Of a stretch of 64,000 nucleotides of DNA, positions 35,658 through 48,540 are shown piece after piece (the stretch's first letter is position 1; every line of letters begins with the position of its first letter). The stretch is taken from positions 39,060,001 through 39,124,000 of the forward strand of contig NC_043015.1 of the NCBI RefSeq assembly GCF_006345805.1, read 5' to 3'. Under the pieces are notes generated by a model, which was not told where the DNA came from, searched no databases, and worked only from the letters and a program-made list of their open reading frames with translations. A program made the position numbers and the translations under genes. Origin of the DNA: Octopus sinensis (lineage: Eukaryota).

Positions 35658-38600
35658 TGTCCTGTGTTTGTCGTTATCGTGTATATATATTCAGTGAAGT
35701 AAAGCGAGGTGCCATATTTCATCATCGACTTCAAAAACATCCTACGCTTTCCTTTAAATGTTGTCCTCTCTTTATTTCTCTTCCATCACAGCCAAGCCTA
35801 ATCCTGTTTTGATAATTGGTGTTAGTTATTAAAGAACAATTAATCCAATTTGTGCAGGTAATTGAATTACAAGTGGATGTCTTCGGTAAATGTGTTTAGA
35901 CATGGAATTATCCAGTGAAAGGGATTCGGTATCATTGATATTATTTATAAACCGGATCTATGGAATTTATTTTCTATTTACCTTACATTTCGGTACTTGT
36001 GTTCCATTATAGACACACAAACACAGTATATGTAAAAGAATATTTTATAAAATGAATTCCGTAACAGTGTTGCAGTCATGATTGGATAATACAGGAAATA
36101 TATTTATTATATTATTTTAATATAAACACAGCAGCAATTAAATTTGGGTTGTGTGGTTTTTTTTGCTGTTTTAACCAGAACTCCATTTATCTTTATTGTA
36201 AAATCTGCTGTACACTGTTGTATGTGCCTCGAAATATGACCTCTGACCTTTGCTGTAATTTGACTGTTGGAGTTTCATAATGGACCTTTACAAAATATCG
36301 TCTCGATGGGGAGTTGTGACATTCATTCGTGACAAGGTCATTAACAATGAACGAAGTAGAAATGGTTGCAACAGGAATGTCTGTGACCTGGGAAGAAGAC
36401 GGAAATTTAATTGTCACATGTCACAGGCGTGACTAAATACTGAAATAATTAAAACAAATGAGGTTGTTGAAAATAATCAATCGTTTGTTACTGCGAAGTA
36501 TATTTGTTTCTGATTTATTGGTTAAGAAATTAATTAGACATTTCGGGATTTTATCCTCTCATTTGTTGTTCATGAGGACAATTCTAAGAATTCTGTTTCT
36601 TCATTGTGTAGAACTTACTCTTTTACTTGTTTCAGTCATTTGACTGCGGCCATGCTGGAGCACCGCGGGACTTAATCTTTGTAAGCCCAGTACTTATTCT
36701 ATCGGTCTCTTTCTGCCGAACCGCTAAGTGACGGGGACATAAACACGCCAGCATCGGTTGTCAAGCAATGCTAGGGTGACAGACACAGACACACAAACAT
36801 ACACGCACACATACATACATATATACGACGGGATTCTTTCAGTTTCCGTCTACCAAATCCACTCACAAGGCTTTGGTGGGCCCAAGGCTATAGCAGAAGA
36901 CACTTGCCCAAGGTGCCACGCAGTGGGACAGAACCCAGAACCATGTGGTTGGTAGGCAAGCTACTTACCACACAACCACTCCTGCACCTTGTTTCTGAAG
37001 GTTTGACTGTAGAACTGCTGGGTATTGAAACCGTTATGTTCTTGTTCTCCTGAAACAATTTCCTAATTGTTTCGCTCAACAGCTGTGTGTGTATAACAAT
37101 TAGAAGGTATAATAATAATTAAATGTATATAAAGATTGTAATTGTTTAAGAACATGTCCTTGTCTACCGTTTCTTATTTTCTGTCGTACTTTATTCTTGT
37201 CTTTTGTCTTATAATTAAGACCATTAATATCTCCACTTCTCTTTACATATTTAATCAAGTAATTACTAAAGAGTAAGTGGGATTTAATTATATTCTACCG
37301 TCTATTGTATTTATAACTTTCTCATTAATGGAACAAGGTTAGTGGTGGTGGTAGTGGTAATATTTTTGATTAGGTACATGGTCCACTTTTTGTAGAGTCA
37401 AGTAAATACAATCCATTATATTACTGGTACTTATTAACCTTTGGGAAAATAAAATGTAAAGCTGACTGAATTCTGAGCTGGGAAGTATGCAAATGGTTGT
37501 TGTTGTAAAATATCTGATTCCACTCTCATTAATTAGGGGAATTGTTCTTATATCTATTTTTTTATTGCCTACAAGGGGCTAAACAGAGAGGGGACAAACA
37601 AGGACAGACAAACAGATTAAGTCGATTACATCGACCCCAGTGCATAACTGGTACTTAATTCATCGACTCCGAAAGGATGAAAGGCAAAATCGACCTTGGC
37701 GGAATTTGAACTCGGAACGTAATGGCAGACAAAATACTGCTAAACATTCCGTCTGGCCTGCTAAGGTTTCTGCCGGCTCACTGCCTTGAAGCAATTTGAT
37801 ACCACTGTCTAAGACCTATCCTTTGTCTTTGTAACAGTTGACTATGAGGCTACACACACATCTGTGTATGTGCTACTTTATGTGGGTGCAGGCCTGGTCA
37901 CTTGGTTTAAAATGTTTGCAGTCATGATGCTTTGTGTATGATCCAACTGCATAGCATCTGGGGCAGATGTTTTTTTAGTATAACCTTCTGTTGATTCAAG
38001 TCCTCTGAGTGAAAATGGGTAGATGCAGCCCATCAGATGGACGGCTTTTGCCATTCAGAGGTCCAGTTTTGTCAGACATTAATGCAATGAATTGGTAGTT
38101 CAGATGGTCAAACACTATCCCTTATACATTCATTCTTGATCCTTTCTACTGGAAGCACAAGGCCTCAAATTTGTGGGAAGGGATTAAGGTCGATTACATT
38201 GACCCCCAGTCCATAACTGGTACTTATTTAATCAACTCCGAAAGGATGTAAGGCAGAGTCAACCCCGGTGGAAGTGAATACAGATTGTAGCAACAGATGA
38301 AATACTTATTTCTTTACTACCCACAAGGGGCTAAACATAGAGGGGACAAGCAAGGACAGACAAATGGATTTAGTCGATTACATCGACCCCAGTGCGTAAC
38401 TGGTACTTAATTTATTGACCCTGAAAGGATGAAAGGCAAAGTCAACCTCGGCGGAATTTGAGCTCAGAACGTAACGACAGACAAAACACCTATTTCTTTA
38501 CTACCCACAAGGGGCTAAACACAGAGAGGACAAACAAGGACAGACAAATGGATTAAGTTGATTATATCGACCCCAGTGCGTAACTGGGACTTATTTTAAT

Positions 38601-41600
38601 CGACCCCGAAAGGATGAAAGGCAAAGTCGACCTCGGCGGAATTTGAACTCAGAACATAACGGCAGATGAAATACTGCTTAGCATTTCGCCTGGCATATTA
38701 ATGATTCTGCCAGCTCGCCGCCTTCTCTAACATTCTTGATGCATTACATGATGAAGGCATTAATTAAACATTTAGAATTTTCTTCTGCTTCTTTCATTTG
38801 GACACCATTTCTTTCTTTTCATTTTTTCTTTTTTTTTTCTTATTGTTGTTCAGTTTTTACAGTTGTTGCTAAAATTGTTTTTCCAGCCTTTCTGCTGCTG
38901 CTGATCTGCAACAGTGCTCTTGTTGTTCTTGGTGATCTACTTCACATAGCACATGCCCCAAACTATGTCACCTTTTTTGAAAGGCCTACCAAAAGTCTGT
39001 CAACCAGCAATATTCCCAAGATGATTTCTCATTCCTTTGGACTTTCTTCTTCCGTAAGTATTTATTTCATTTTTATAATGCAACCACTTTCAACATTCTT
39101 CTAGATGTATTCTGGATATACTCTTTTACTTGTTTCAGTCATTTGACTGCGGCCATGCTGGAGCACCATCTTTAGTCGAGAAAATCAACCCCAGGACTTA
39201 TTCTATCGGTCTCGTTTACCGATGTAAACACACCAGCATCGGTTGTCAAGCAATGTTGGGGAGACAAACATACACACACACACACATATATATATACATA
39301 CATATATACGACGGGCTTCTCTCAGTTTCCGTCTACCAAATCCACTCACAAGGCTTTGGTCGGCCCGAGGCTATAGTAGAAGACACTTGCCCAAGGTGCC
39401 ACGTAGTGGGACTGAACCAGGAACCATGTGATTGGTAAGCAAGCTACTTACCACACAGCCACTCCTGTGCCTATATGTATTCATTATTCATTATGAAGTA
39501 ATGTACCAGTAAATGGTAGATTTATTTTTCTATAATTTAAAGGGAATTATAAAAAAAAACTAAGATCTTCACTATGTGTCAGGACATTGCTGTATGATTT
39601 GACATATTTGTTCTGGTTTAATTTCAGCCAATGGACTGGGATGGCATGTTACAAGGATCACTTTTCAAGAAACCAAAAGCTAATGTGATGATGACATTGT
39701 TGGGCTACGATGGAATTGAGCAGTCACCAGTAATGCCAAAAGCAGTTGTTAAATACACTGTTCAGAATGTAAGTAACATGTTCATTTAGTCACACCAAAC
39801 TCATCATCATCATCGTTTAACATTTGTTTTCCATGCTGGCATGGGTTGGACAGTTTCACAGGAGCTGACCAGCTGAAGGGCTGTTCAGGTCCCATGTCTG
39901 TTTTGGATGCCTTTCCTAATGCCAACCATTTTACAGAGTGTACTTGGGGCTTTTACACAGCACCAGCATGGGTCCTTTTTACATGGCACCAGCACCTACA
40001 AGCCTGCAAGATTCATGATGCTCAGCTGGCGAAGGTTGCAGGGGATGAGCCTGTATGCAAGGGCCACCACTTCTTCCTAAATTCTGGTTGGATTATAGAG
40101 ATTAATACAAATTAAGCTTGAATCATTAACCAGTTTTTGTTTTGCACCAAATATTGTACAAGTTTTTGTGCTAATGATAAGAATGCTTAAAGATAGTTTT
40201 AAACCAACTTCTATGTGCCTGGCCTGCTATGAAATAACAGCTAAATCACACTTAAATCAGGAAAGGACACATTAAACAATGTAGTCCTAGCTAACCGTAA
40301 AACACTGTGCAGATCATAACTGGAATGAGAGCATAGACCTGCTCAGTTTTAAGTTAACCTGAGATTAAACATTACCAGTTAAATCTATTAAAGGTTGTCT
40401 GTATATATGTTTGAGTTGATGCAAAGACAATTTTTCATTATATCATGTTTTATGTAATTTGTTGTTTAACTTTTCACTCATGTTGTTTGTTATTGTTCAA
40501 TTAATTTTCCATTTAACATTCATCAAAAGTCAGTGTGAAGTTAACGTTTAAAAAATGGAATTTTTTTTCTTTTATTTTGAAAGGATGTTCCATTTGTGGA
40601 TTTCAATCAAGTTGTTGATTCTCTCCTGAAGAATTCATTTGATATGGACCCTTTAACAGTTCAACTTATGAGTGACACCCAGGTAAGAAGAGATCCCCTT
40701 ACTTTTGATGGTTTCATAACTAATATTGCCTCATATTGCCATCACATTGGTCTGTTTGAATTGTGTTCAATGTAATTATATGTAGGACTTGCCTCTCCTC
40801 TTATTGGTCGTTATTTTTATAATATATTACCTGCTTTACTATCATCTCTGTACCTTTCTATACCTTTAATGCAGTTTGTTCTGCTGACGGCATTGAGACC
40901 TGACACCCTTTATTTGAAGATGGGAGACTTTCAGCATGTTGTTTTCCACGTTTCCCTTTAATTGTTTCATTCTATTCATTGTTGGATGTAATGTTGAAAG
41001 AAAGGACTCCCGAAGCCCACCACCACTGAAAAGTGCCGGTGAGCTTGTCTTAATGAGTTCACAATTATGTGTTCTTGTCTCCCTTACTCTGTCACTCGTG
41101 ACTCTCTCAAATCAAGCACAGAATCTGAGAGTCACTGACTCATAGGGACTGATAAAGTATCCTCTCTCTTGCTCACCTTCTTGTTCCTTGAGAATTTGCT
41201 CTGGCACCCTTTCACTACCTCCCTTTTATCTCCTTCAGCTCTGTATCTCTTCTATCAAGACACCCCTGCTGATCCCTTTCAACACTTTACACCCACCTCC
41301 ACCTTCCTCTCCCTTGTAACTCCTCCTAGTAGTCGGAGCTTTTCCCTTTCCTTTTTTCCTTGTTCTTTTCCATTTTGCAAGTCACATGGTAACCTCACTC
41401 GTGCCAGTGGCATAAAAACAGCATCCAGCATCCACTCTGTAAAGAAGTGATTGGTGTTAAGAAGGGCATCCAGCAAAAGAAACCATGTCAAACCTACATC
41501 GGAACTTGATGCAGGTTTGCCACTCGCCACCTCCCTGTCAAACCATCCAATCGATGCCAGCATGGGAAACAGACATTGAATGAGGATGTTGATTCCATGC

Positions 41601-44600
41601 TGGCATAGGTTGGACGGTTTGACAACACCCTGTTAGCCTGGGGGCTATGTTGGTCTCTGATGTCTGCTTTGGCCAAGATTTCCGTGTTTGGATGCCCTTC
41701 CTAATACCAACCACTAAACAGTGTGTGTCCTGGGTGCATTTTCTTGTGGCCTCTGCACTAACGAGGACACCCAAGAGAGTTGCAAGATAAGGCCAAAGAC
41801 CACTTGGCAGTTGCGGGTGTGCAGTGTACTGTTTTTAAATTCGAATCTGCTCCGTTTCTTTTGCAGACAGTGGATGTGCGGTCAGATCATGACGCTTTCA
41901 AGAATATGTTGTTTACGCCATCAAAACTCTTTGACCGTTTGTTTGAAACCGATTCTGTGATGAGTCAGTTTGATATTGGTACTGTGAATGTAAGCCACAG
42001 TTCTGACGCAACATTATTAGCTGAGCTTCAGATGATTATGGACATTATGAAGAAGGTAGGTGGCCTATTTCTTGATTTCTGTTTTTACTGCTGTCCTGTT
42101 TCTTGATTTCAGTGAAAATGAAAGTATTTTAGTGCAGCAAAACATTGCAGAGGATTAGTGAGATGATAAGGGATGAAAGGATAACGAGATTATGGCTTAT
42201 TAATGAGGAGTGGAAACTTGTTTTTATTCCAGAATTATCAATAGGAAAAAAAAACCTGTTGTATATATCTGCGTTTTAAATTTGTGACGCTGATTATACT
42301 CTCATGTATAATTTACATGGGAGTATCATCTCATGATGATACTCCCATGTGAATACTCCTTGAATGTTTGAAAGAGTCTGTTACTCATGAAAAAATAATT
42401 TATAAAACATTCTGCACTACATTTGATCTTTTAAACTTCAGTTGTTAATGTTGGAAATATTTAATTATAAAAGTTAGTGATGCTATTTAAAAAAAGTTTA
42501 ATTAATTTCTTTAATTACTTTTTTTAAAACAATTTTGATTCCATTTGTAATTTCTTTCCATTATGAATTAATTGAGATAACTTTTACTTTATATTTCGTT
42601 TTTGGATTTGATTTGTAAGATTCTTTATGTGAGTTTGTGTGTTGAAGCATATTTTGTTTTATCTGGGGAGGGCCATTCTCTTTTAGTGCCTTATTATTTA
42701 ACACACTCACCAGTTAAGTTTCCACTCATTTACTTATTTATTTTTCCTAAAATCTTTGTTGCATCTTGCAACCTTTCCAATAATATTGAAACGGTTGCAA
42801 GATGCAATGAAAATTTTATTTTATAGTTTTAGGGAATTTGATGTAAATGAAGCGACAGTTATATATTAAATTTTTAGATGGTTTCTTATTTCAATTCTAT
42901 AATTGTATTTTATTGAAATCAGAACAGAGCTAAAATTTTATTTTAATTTTTTTTTTATTAATAATTTCTGGGTTTTTTGTTCTCTTTGGTATTTTACATT
43001 TAGTTTGGAACTTTCTGATTTCCATCAGCGTTTCTAAATTTCTGCTGGATCAAGTTGGCTTTTCTGTGGCATTTCCTGCCATCTTTATACATCAGGCAGT
43101 TAGTGTGATGGGAATGATGTTAAACAGAAATTAGATCATTGAACTATCATTAAGAAAATTGCTGAAAGATGGAATGTATATTATAATAGTTATAGAGCAG
43201 TAATTGCTTGGATAATACTGGCTGCCATCTAATTGGAAAGGTAATAATGTAATTAACAGACATTGTTACTTGATCTTTCAATGGTGACCTTTCCATTGTT
43301 TTCAGTAACGACTTACAAACGATGTCCACCAATAGCACTTCTCTCTTTAATATGCATTTGTTGTCTTTTAAACATGTTTCTTAGAAACCTAAATACTAGT
43401 TTGTTTATATACAAGCACAAACGTGATGCTAAGTTTATTCCCACTGGTGACATTTTGGGTAAGTGTCTTCCAGTTGTCAGTGGATTTGCTTGACGTAAAC
43501 TGAAAGAAATCCAGTGTGTGTGTGTGTTATTGTCTCCATGTCTTGGCATTGTGTGGTAGTTGTGAACTTCTCCATCATAGAAGTAGTAATTGTTTGTTTT
43601 CAATCTTCCATGGAAATCTTTCCCGCCTTGGAGAAATATTACCTTGCTTGGAAGTATCCATCCATAGAAAATCTGCCGCAACAAATTCTGTGTGATCCAT
43701 CCAAGCATGGAAACATGGATGTTAAAATGTTGTTATGTAAGAGAAATATACTCGGAGTATAATTTAAAAAACAACTCCAATATTAAATATTTTAAACTTT
43801 AGAAATGTTATTTTGTGGAAAGGGAGTTTTAGATCATCATCATCGTTTTACATCTGTTTATCATGTTGGCATGGGTTAGGTGGCTTGTCATGGTGTGAGC
43901 CACCCTGTATTGAGTGCTACTGCTATTAAAAATGAAGTGTTTGTATATTGGTTATTGGATGTCCTTCCTAATGCCAACCACTTTATGGTGTGAACAGTAG
44001 TTTGGAGGGTGGTGGAGGGGTACCTTGTGAATAGGAAACGTAAATTTAAAGGGTACTCAGTACCTGAAGTGTGTAGATGTAAAAAGAGAGGGAAGAATGA
44101 TGACAGCAATGGGTATTTGATGGGGTGGGATAGGGGTATGATATATATAGAGCAAGCCTCATGATAGCAAAGGAGAATGGGCACCAGCCAGCTCAAAGGT
44201 TGGGGTGGGCTGCACCTGCCTACTTCCGTTGCTATGGCATTGGGGACAAAACCCAGATCTAAAACACTGGATGATAATTCAATAACCAAAGGGGCATACG
44301 TTTGCTTAGGTGACCTAGGAGGAGAATTAGTAGGTGAGGAGCAATGGACCTTAGGGGAGAAACGATGGATGGGAAGAAGGCAGGGATATGTTGGGGGTAG
44401 TGTGTCTTGGCAATGGCAGAGGTGGCCAAAAATAAGGGTTGGTACCTTACTTAGGAAAAGTGAAGGGTATGATAGAAAAATGCTGGATTATTTGGTTATT
44501 ATTTAATATTCAACTTTTGTGTTTCAGTTAAAAGATAATCCCACCTACACAAGAAGCAAAACTCCAGACTTCTTCTCGTTTTCCCTGACTGGGTTGCAGA

Positions 44601-44677
44601 GAATGGCTGAACAACATGGCAAAGATTCGCCAAAGCTCCTCTCTGCTACTAATCTTCTCAATCAATTTGTTGACAAG
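35106..44677 (+). CDS. ATP6AP2: ATP6AP2 / (pro)renin receptor, 3'-partial: join(35106-35145,38887-39053,39628-39768,40584-40682,41867-42055,44528-44677)
   Basis: Phase-compatible GT-AG exons encode a signal peptide and a luminal domain that aligns by eye with vertebrate ATP6AP2: [53 protein letters not shown]. Exons for the furin site, transmembrane helix and tail were not found. Confidence 0.93.
35365..35680 (+). repeat. Compound minisatellite: (a/g)tcctgtgtttgtcatt-like units separated by variable (TA)n/(CA)n
   Basis: About six units seen in ATP6AP2 intron 1. Confidence 0.85.
38887..39053 (+). CDS. ATP6AP2: ATP6AP2 exon 2 ([56 protein letters not shown])
   Basis: tttttccag acceptor, gtaagt donor, phase 1 to 0. 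Confidence 0.88.
39628..39768 (+). CDS. ATP6AP2: ATP6AP2 exon 3 ([47 protein letters not shown])
   Basis: atttcag acceptor, gtaagt donor; homologous to [21 protein letters not shown]...YPLEN. Confidence 0.94.
40584..40682 (+). CDS. ATP6AP2: ATP6AP2 exon 4 ([33 protein letters not shown])
   Basis: ttttgaaag acceptor, gtaaga donor; homologous to AVPFSLDSVANSIHSLF. Confidence 0.92.
41867..42055 (+). CDS. ATP6AP2: ATP6AP2 exon 5 ([63 protein letters not shown])
   Basis: ttttgcag acceptor, aag|gtaggt donor, 189 nt. Confidence 0.93.
44528..44677 (+). CDS. ATP6AP2: ATP6AP2 exon 6 ([50 protein letters not shown])
   Basis: gtttcag acceptor, gtaaga donor, 150 nt; homologous to KDHSPDLYSLELAGL...KRYGEDS. 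Confidence 0.94.
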
Positions 44678-47600
44678 GTAAGACAATTTTTTTATTTATA
44701 AATCTCATCTTTATCACTCCTGCATTTCTCTATACATTCATTAGAAAAGAAAAAACTGGTTTTTCCTTTGATGTCTATGATTACTAATGAAATATGGCTT
44801 TTGAGACAATTTCTATTCCTGGGAGAACTCAAGCTTCATGTTGTCTCTTCTATCACAGTTGTTGTTTTTGGAGTATATGTGTTTTGTTGTTGTTTAGCCC
44901 TAGGCTATCCATGATTAAGCTAACAAATAATCTAAAGCATTCCAATTGTGACTGTCCCATCTTTTATTTAGATTTAGTATATTTATGTCTACATCGTCTT
45001 CATTAACTTTCATTCCTCTGGGGTCATTGTAATTAAAATGCACAAACCCCCTTCAACCTCTTGTTTTCTCTCTACAAAATATTCAATTACAAAGAGCAGA
45101 GTTTATTCATTTATTCCAAGAGGTTTCTCTATGTTTTCCACTCAGTTTTCTGTAGAATGTGATGTTGTGACCCTCAGTCTAACATCTGCAAGTCTCCAGA
45201 TTTGAACACACTCATGCATGTGTGCACGCGCGTGTGTGTGTAGTGGTTCTCTCATACATCTCTGATGTTTGCCTAAGTCTACCTACATTTAATGCAGAAA
45301 TGTTTCATTGCTATACGCACACACCAGCCTTCACACAAACACCCACTCATTTCCACACACACACACACGCATTCAGGTCAGTAGCTGAGCAGATCCAGTC
45401 GTGTTTACTTCCCTTTACATTGTAAGTTTAAACCTCGGCTGAGTTGACTTTGCCTCTGGAGTTTTTATTTATCTTATAATCAAAGACGTCGTTCCAACCG
45501 TGACCCTCGCATCTTTAAACAATGTATTTAGATCACATTATCCAATGACATTTTTTTAAAGATGATCAGATGTGGTTTGAGAGGAATTTGGTTGCTATTT
45601 CAACAGGCCAAGTGACCCCATGAACGTTTCCTCTTTGGTTTGACTCTCTGCTGTGGTACCAGTCATACACTGATGTAGAATCAGTCACGTTCATTCCTTT
45701 CTCACCAATATTTCTCATGTAGTTCCACGATGTCTGCAACTGGAAGCCAAAATATTTTCTCTCCTCAATTTGTCTGTAATTTATAGAGCGACAGTGATTA
45801 TCTCCCTTAGAACACTTTTTTTTCTTCTCTTCCCACTTAAACTGGTTTTGTGTAATTAACATAGTTCATTAGTGACGACGCAAACTATCATTTAATAACA
45901 ACAACACGGCTGTTTCTATCTCGAGAAACGACTGCTTTCTGTTGATTAGACACAAGTGTTTATATTTGAGTCGGTTGGATGTTGTGGCGTTCATGACTTT
46001 TGCTGATGAGTTGAAAATCTGAACTCAGAAAGACGGACAAAATCCTGCAAAGCATTTTGCCCAACATGCTAATCATTCTGCCAGCTTCCTGCCTTAATAA
46101 TAATAATAACAATAATCTTTACTATTATAGGTACAGGGCCTGAAATTTGGGGGAGGGGGACTAGTCAATTACATCGACCCCGGTATTTCACTGGTACTTA
46201 ATTTATCGACCCTGAAAGGATGAAAGGCAAAGTTGACCTCGGTGGAATTTGAACTCAGAACATTGTGGCAGACAAAATACCGCTAAGCATTTCGTTTGGT
46301 GTGCTAACGATTCTGCCAACTCCTCACCTTAATAATAACAATAATAATAATAATAATAATAAGGATGATAATAATTCTTCCTGGTTTTTGGCATAAAACC
46401 AGTAATTTTAGGTTGCTGGGGTAGATAAGTTAATTATATTGATCCAAGCGCTCAAATAGTACTTTATCATATTGGCACCAAAAGGAATAATAGCAGTATT
46501 CCTGTTATAGGTATAAGGTCTGGAATTTTGAAAGAAGGGGACAGTTGGTTACATCGACTTCAGTGCTTGACTTTTACTTCATTTTTGAACCCCCATGAAA
46601 GGCAAAGTTGACCATGGTGGAATTTGAACTCGGAATGTAAAGATGGACCTAAACACTTTGCCCTTGTACGCTAATGATTCTCCCAGCTTGCTACCTTACT
46701 ACTACTAATAATAATCCTTTCTACTTTGGGCACAAGGCCTGGTATTTTAGGGGAGGGGACTAGTTGATTATATTGACCCCATCCCCCCTAGTGTTTCACG
46801 GGTACTTAATTTATTGACCCTGAAAGGATGAAAGGCGACCTCGGTGGAATTTGAACTCTGAATGTAATGACAGAATGCTAATAAGCATTGAGCCCAGCAT
46901 AATCTTTGTGAAGATTTATACATTAGGGTGTTTACAGTTTGTTTTAATTATCACTGCTCACCAAATTGTTGATGCTCCCACATCAGAAAGGGGGTCTTGT
47001 GTGTGAGCTTACCACTGTCGATATATATAAAGTATATATTGACTGAAGGGGTGATGTATTTCTGTTGCTAATTAAGCATTCCAAGGAATGAAGTGGTTTC
47101 TCTTGTCAAGGAGATTAGAAATTTTTCTTGATGAATATTTGATGAGAATATTTGAATTTAGATATTTTCTGCTAAATAAGATTAGGCATCTATAGGCGCA
47201 GGAGTGGCTGTGTGGTATGTAGTTTGTTTTCCAACCACATGGTTCTGGGTTCAGTACCACTGCATGGCACCTTGGGTAAGTGTCTTCTACTATAGTCTCG
47301 GGCTGACCAAAGCCTTGTGAGTGGATTTGGTAAACAGAAACTGAAGGAAGCCCGTCGTATATATGTATATATATATATATGTATGTGTATGTGTGTCTGT
47401 GTTTGTTCCCCCCAACATAACTTGACAACCGATGCTGGTGTGTTTATGTCCCTGTAACTTAGCAGTTCGGCAAAAGAGACCGATAGAATAAGTACTAGGC
47501 TCACAAAGAATAAGTCCTGGGATCGATTTGCTCGACTAAAGGCGGTGCTCCAGCATGGCCGCAGTCAAATGACTGAAACAAGTAAGAGAGTAAAGAGTAT

Positions 47601-48308
47601 CTTTAGGCTGTAGACAGGAGTTGGGTAAATATCATGGATAATAATAATAATAATATAGGCTCAGGTGGTGGTTCTTGTTCAATAGATCCATGTTTGCCCT
47701 AATCCAAGAGATGTTCCTTATGTGATTATCCCATTTCTGTTCAATCGTAACATATCTGGGATTACATTATATCCGTTTCCTTTCTTCAACCAGAGAAGAT
47801 GGAAGAGTGATTTGGTGCCTTTTTGAACACACTACATATGTATGTGTGTTTAGGGGTGCGTGTATACATACACGCACATCCCTTTAGCATTGAAACAGCT
47901 CTATCAAATGTAATGCTTATTAATTCACTCTGTTTTGAATTAATTATGCATTATCTCATAGCTTTGAGATTTTCATGATGTGATTGTTTATTTAGAAGGA
48001 GATTGTTGGGTAGCAGGGTAGAATAAACGGGCAGCAGATATGGCTGGTTGAAATGTTCTCCCTCTCTCTCATATATATATATATATGGATGTATGTATGT
48101 GTATATATGTATATATGGATGTATCATCATCATCGTTTAACGTCCGCTTTCCATGCTAGCATGGGTTATGTGTATATATGGATGTATGTATATGTGTATA
48201 TATGTATGTATATGTGTATGTATATGGATGTATGTATATGTGTATATATGTATGTGTACGGATGTATGTATATGTGTATATATGTGTATGGTTGTATGTA
48301 TATATGGT

Positions 48309-48540
48309 TGTAACAACAAAGTCAAACCAAATAGTGATGTTTTGAGATCATTTAATACGTACGTTTCAGGTTTTGCGTAATATACAATAGAAAATGCATC
48401 CATTTCGTAAACCTTCCTCAGTCAAAGCATCTCAATCTTTGCATAATGGATGTATTTCCTATTGTATATTATTGCAATCCTGAAATGTCCATATTAAATG
48501 ACTTCAAGATCTCACTATTTGGTTTGACTTCTTTGTTACA
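48309..48540. mobile_element. Fold-back MITE-like inverted repeat with arms of about 100 bp
   Basis: tgtaacaacaaagtcaaaccaaatagtga... pairs with ...tcactatttggtttgacttctttgttaca, with scattered mismatches. Confidence 0.85.

Noticed and set aside
36193-36417. 74-aa minus-strand ORF in ATP6AP2 intron 1
   Set aside because: No convincing donor and no homology; better explained as a motif-rich regulatory region.
45566-45862. 98-aa minus-strand ORF with an internal gtgaga donor
   Set aside because: Its end overlaps a dispersed repeat, no frame gives a recognisable protein, and it cannot be chained to other exons.
45860-46020. FISDDANY and FADELKI as possible ATP6AP2 exon 7
   Set aside because: Both hit in-frame stops and lack the rest of the conserved sequence.
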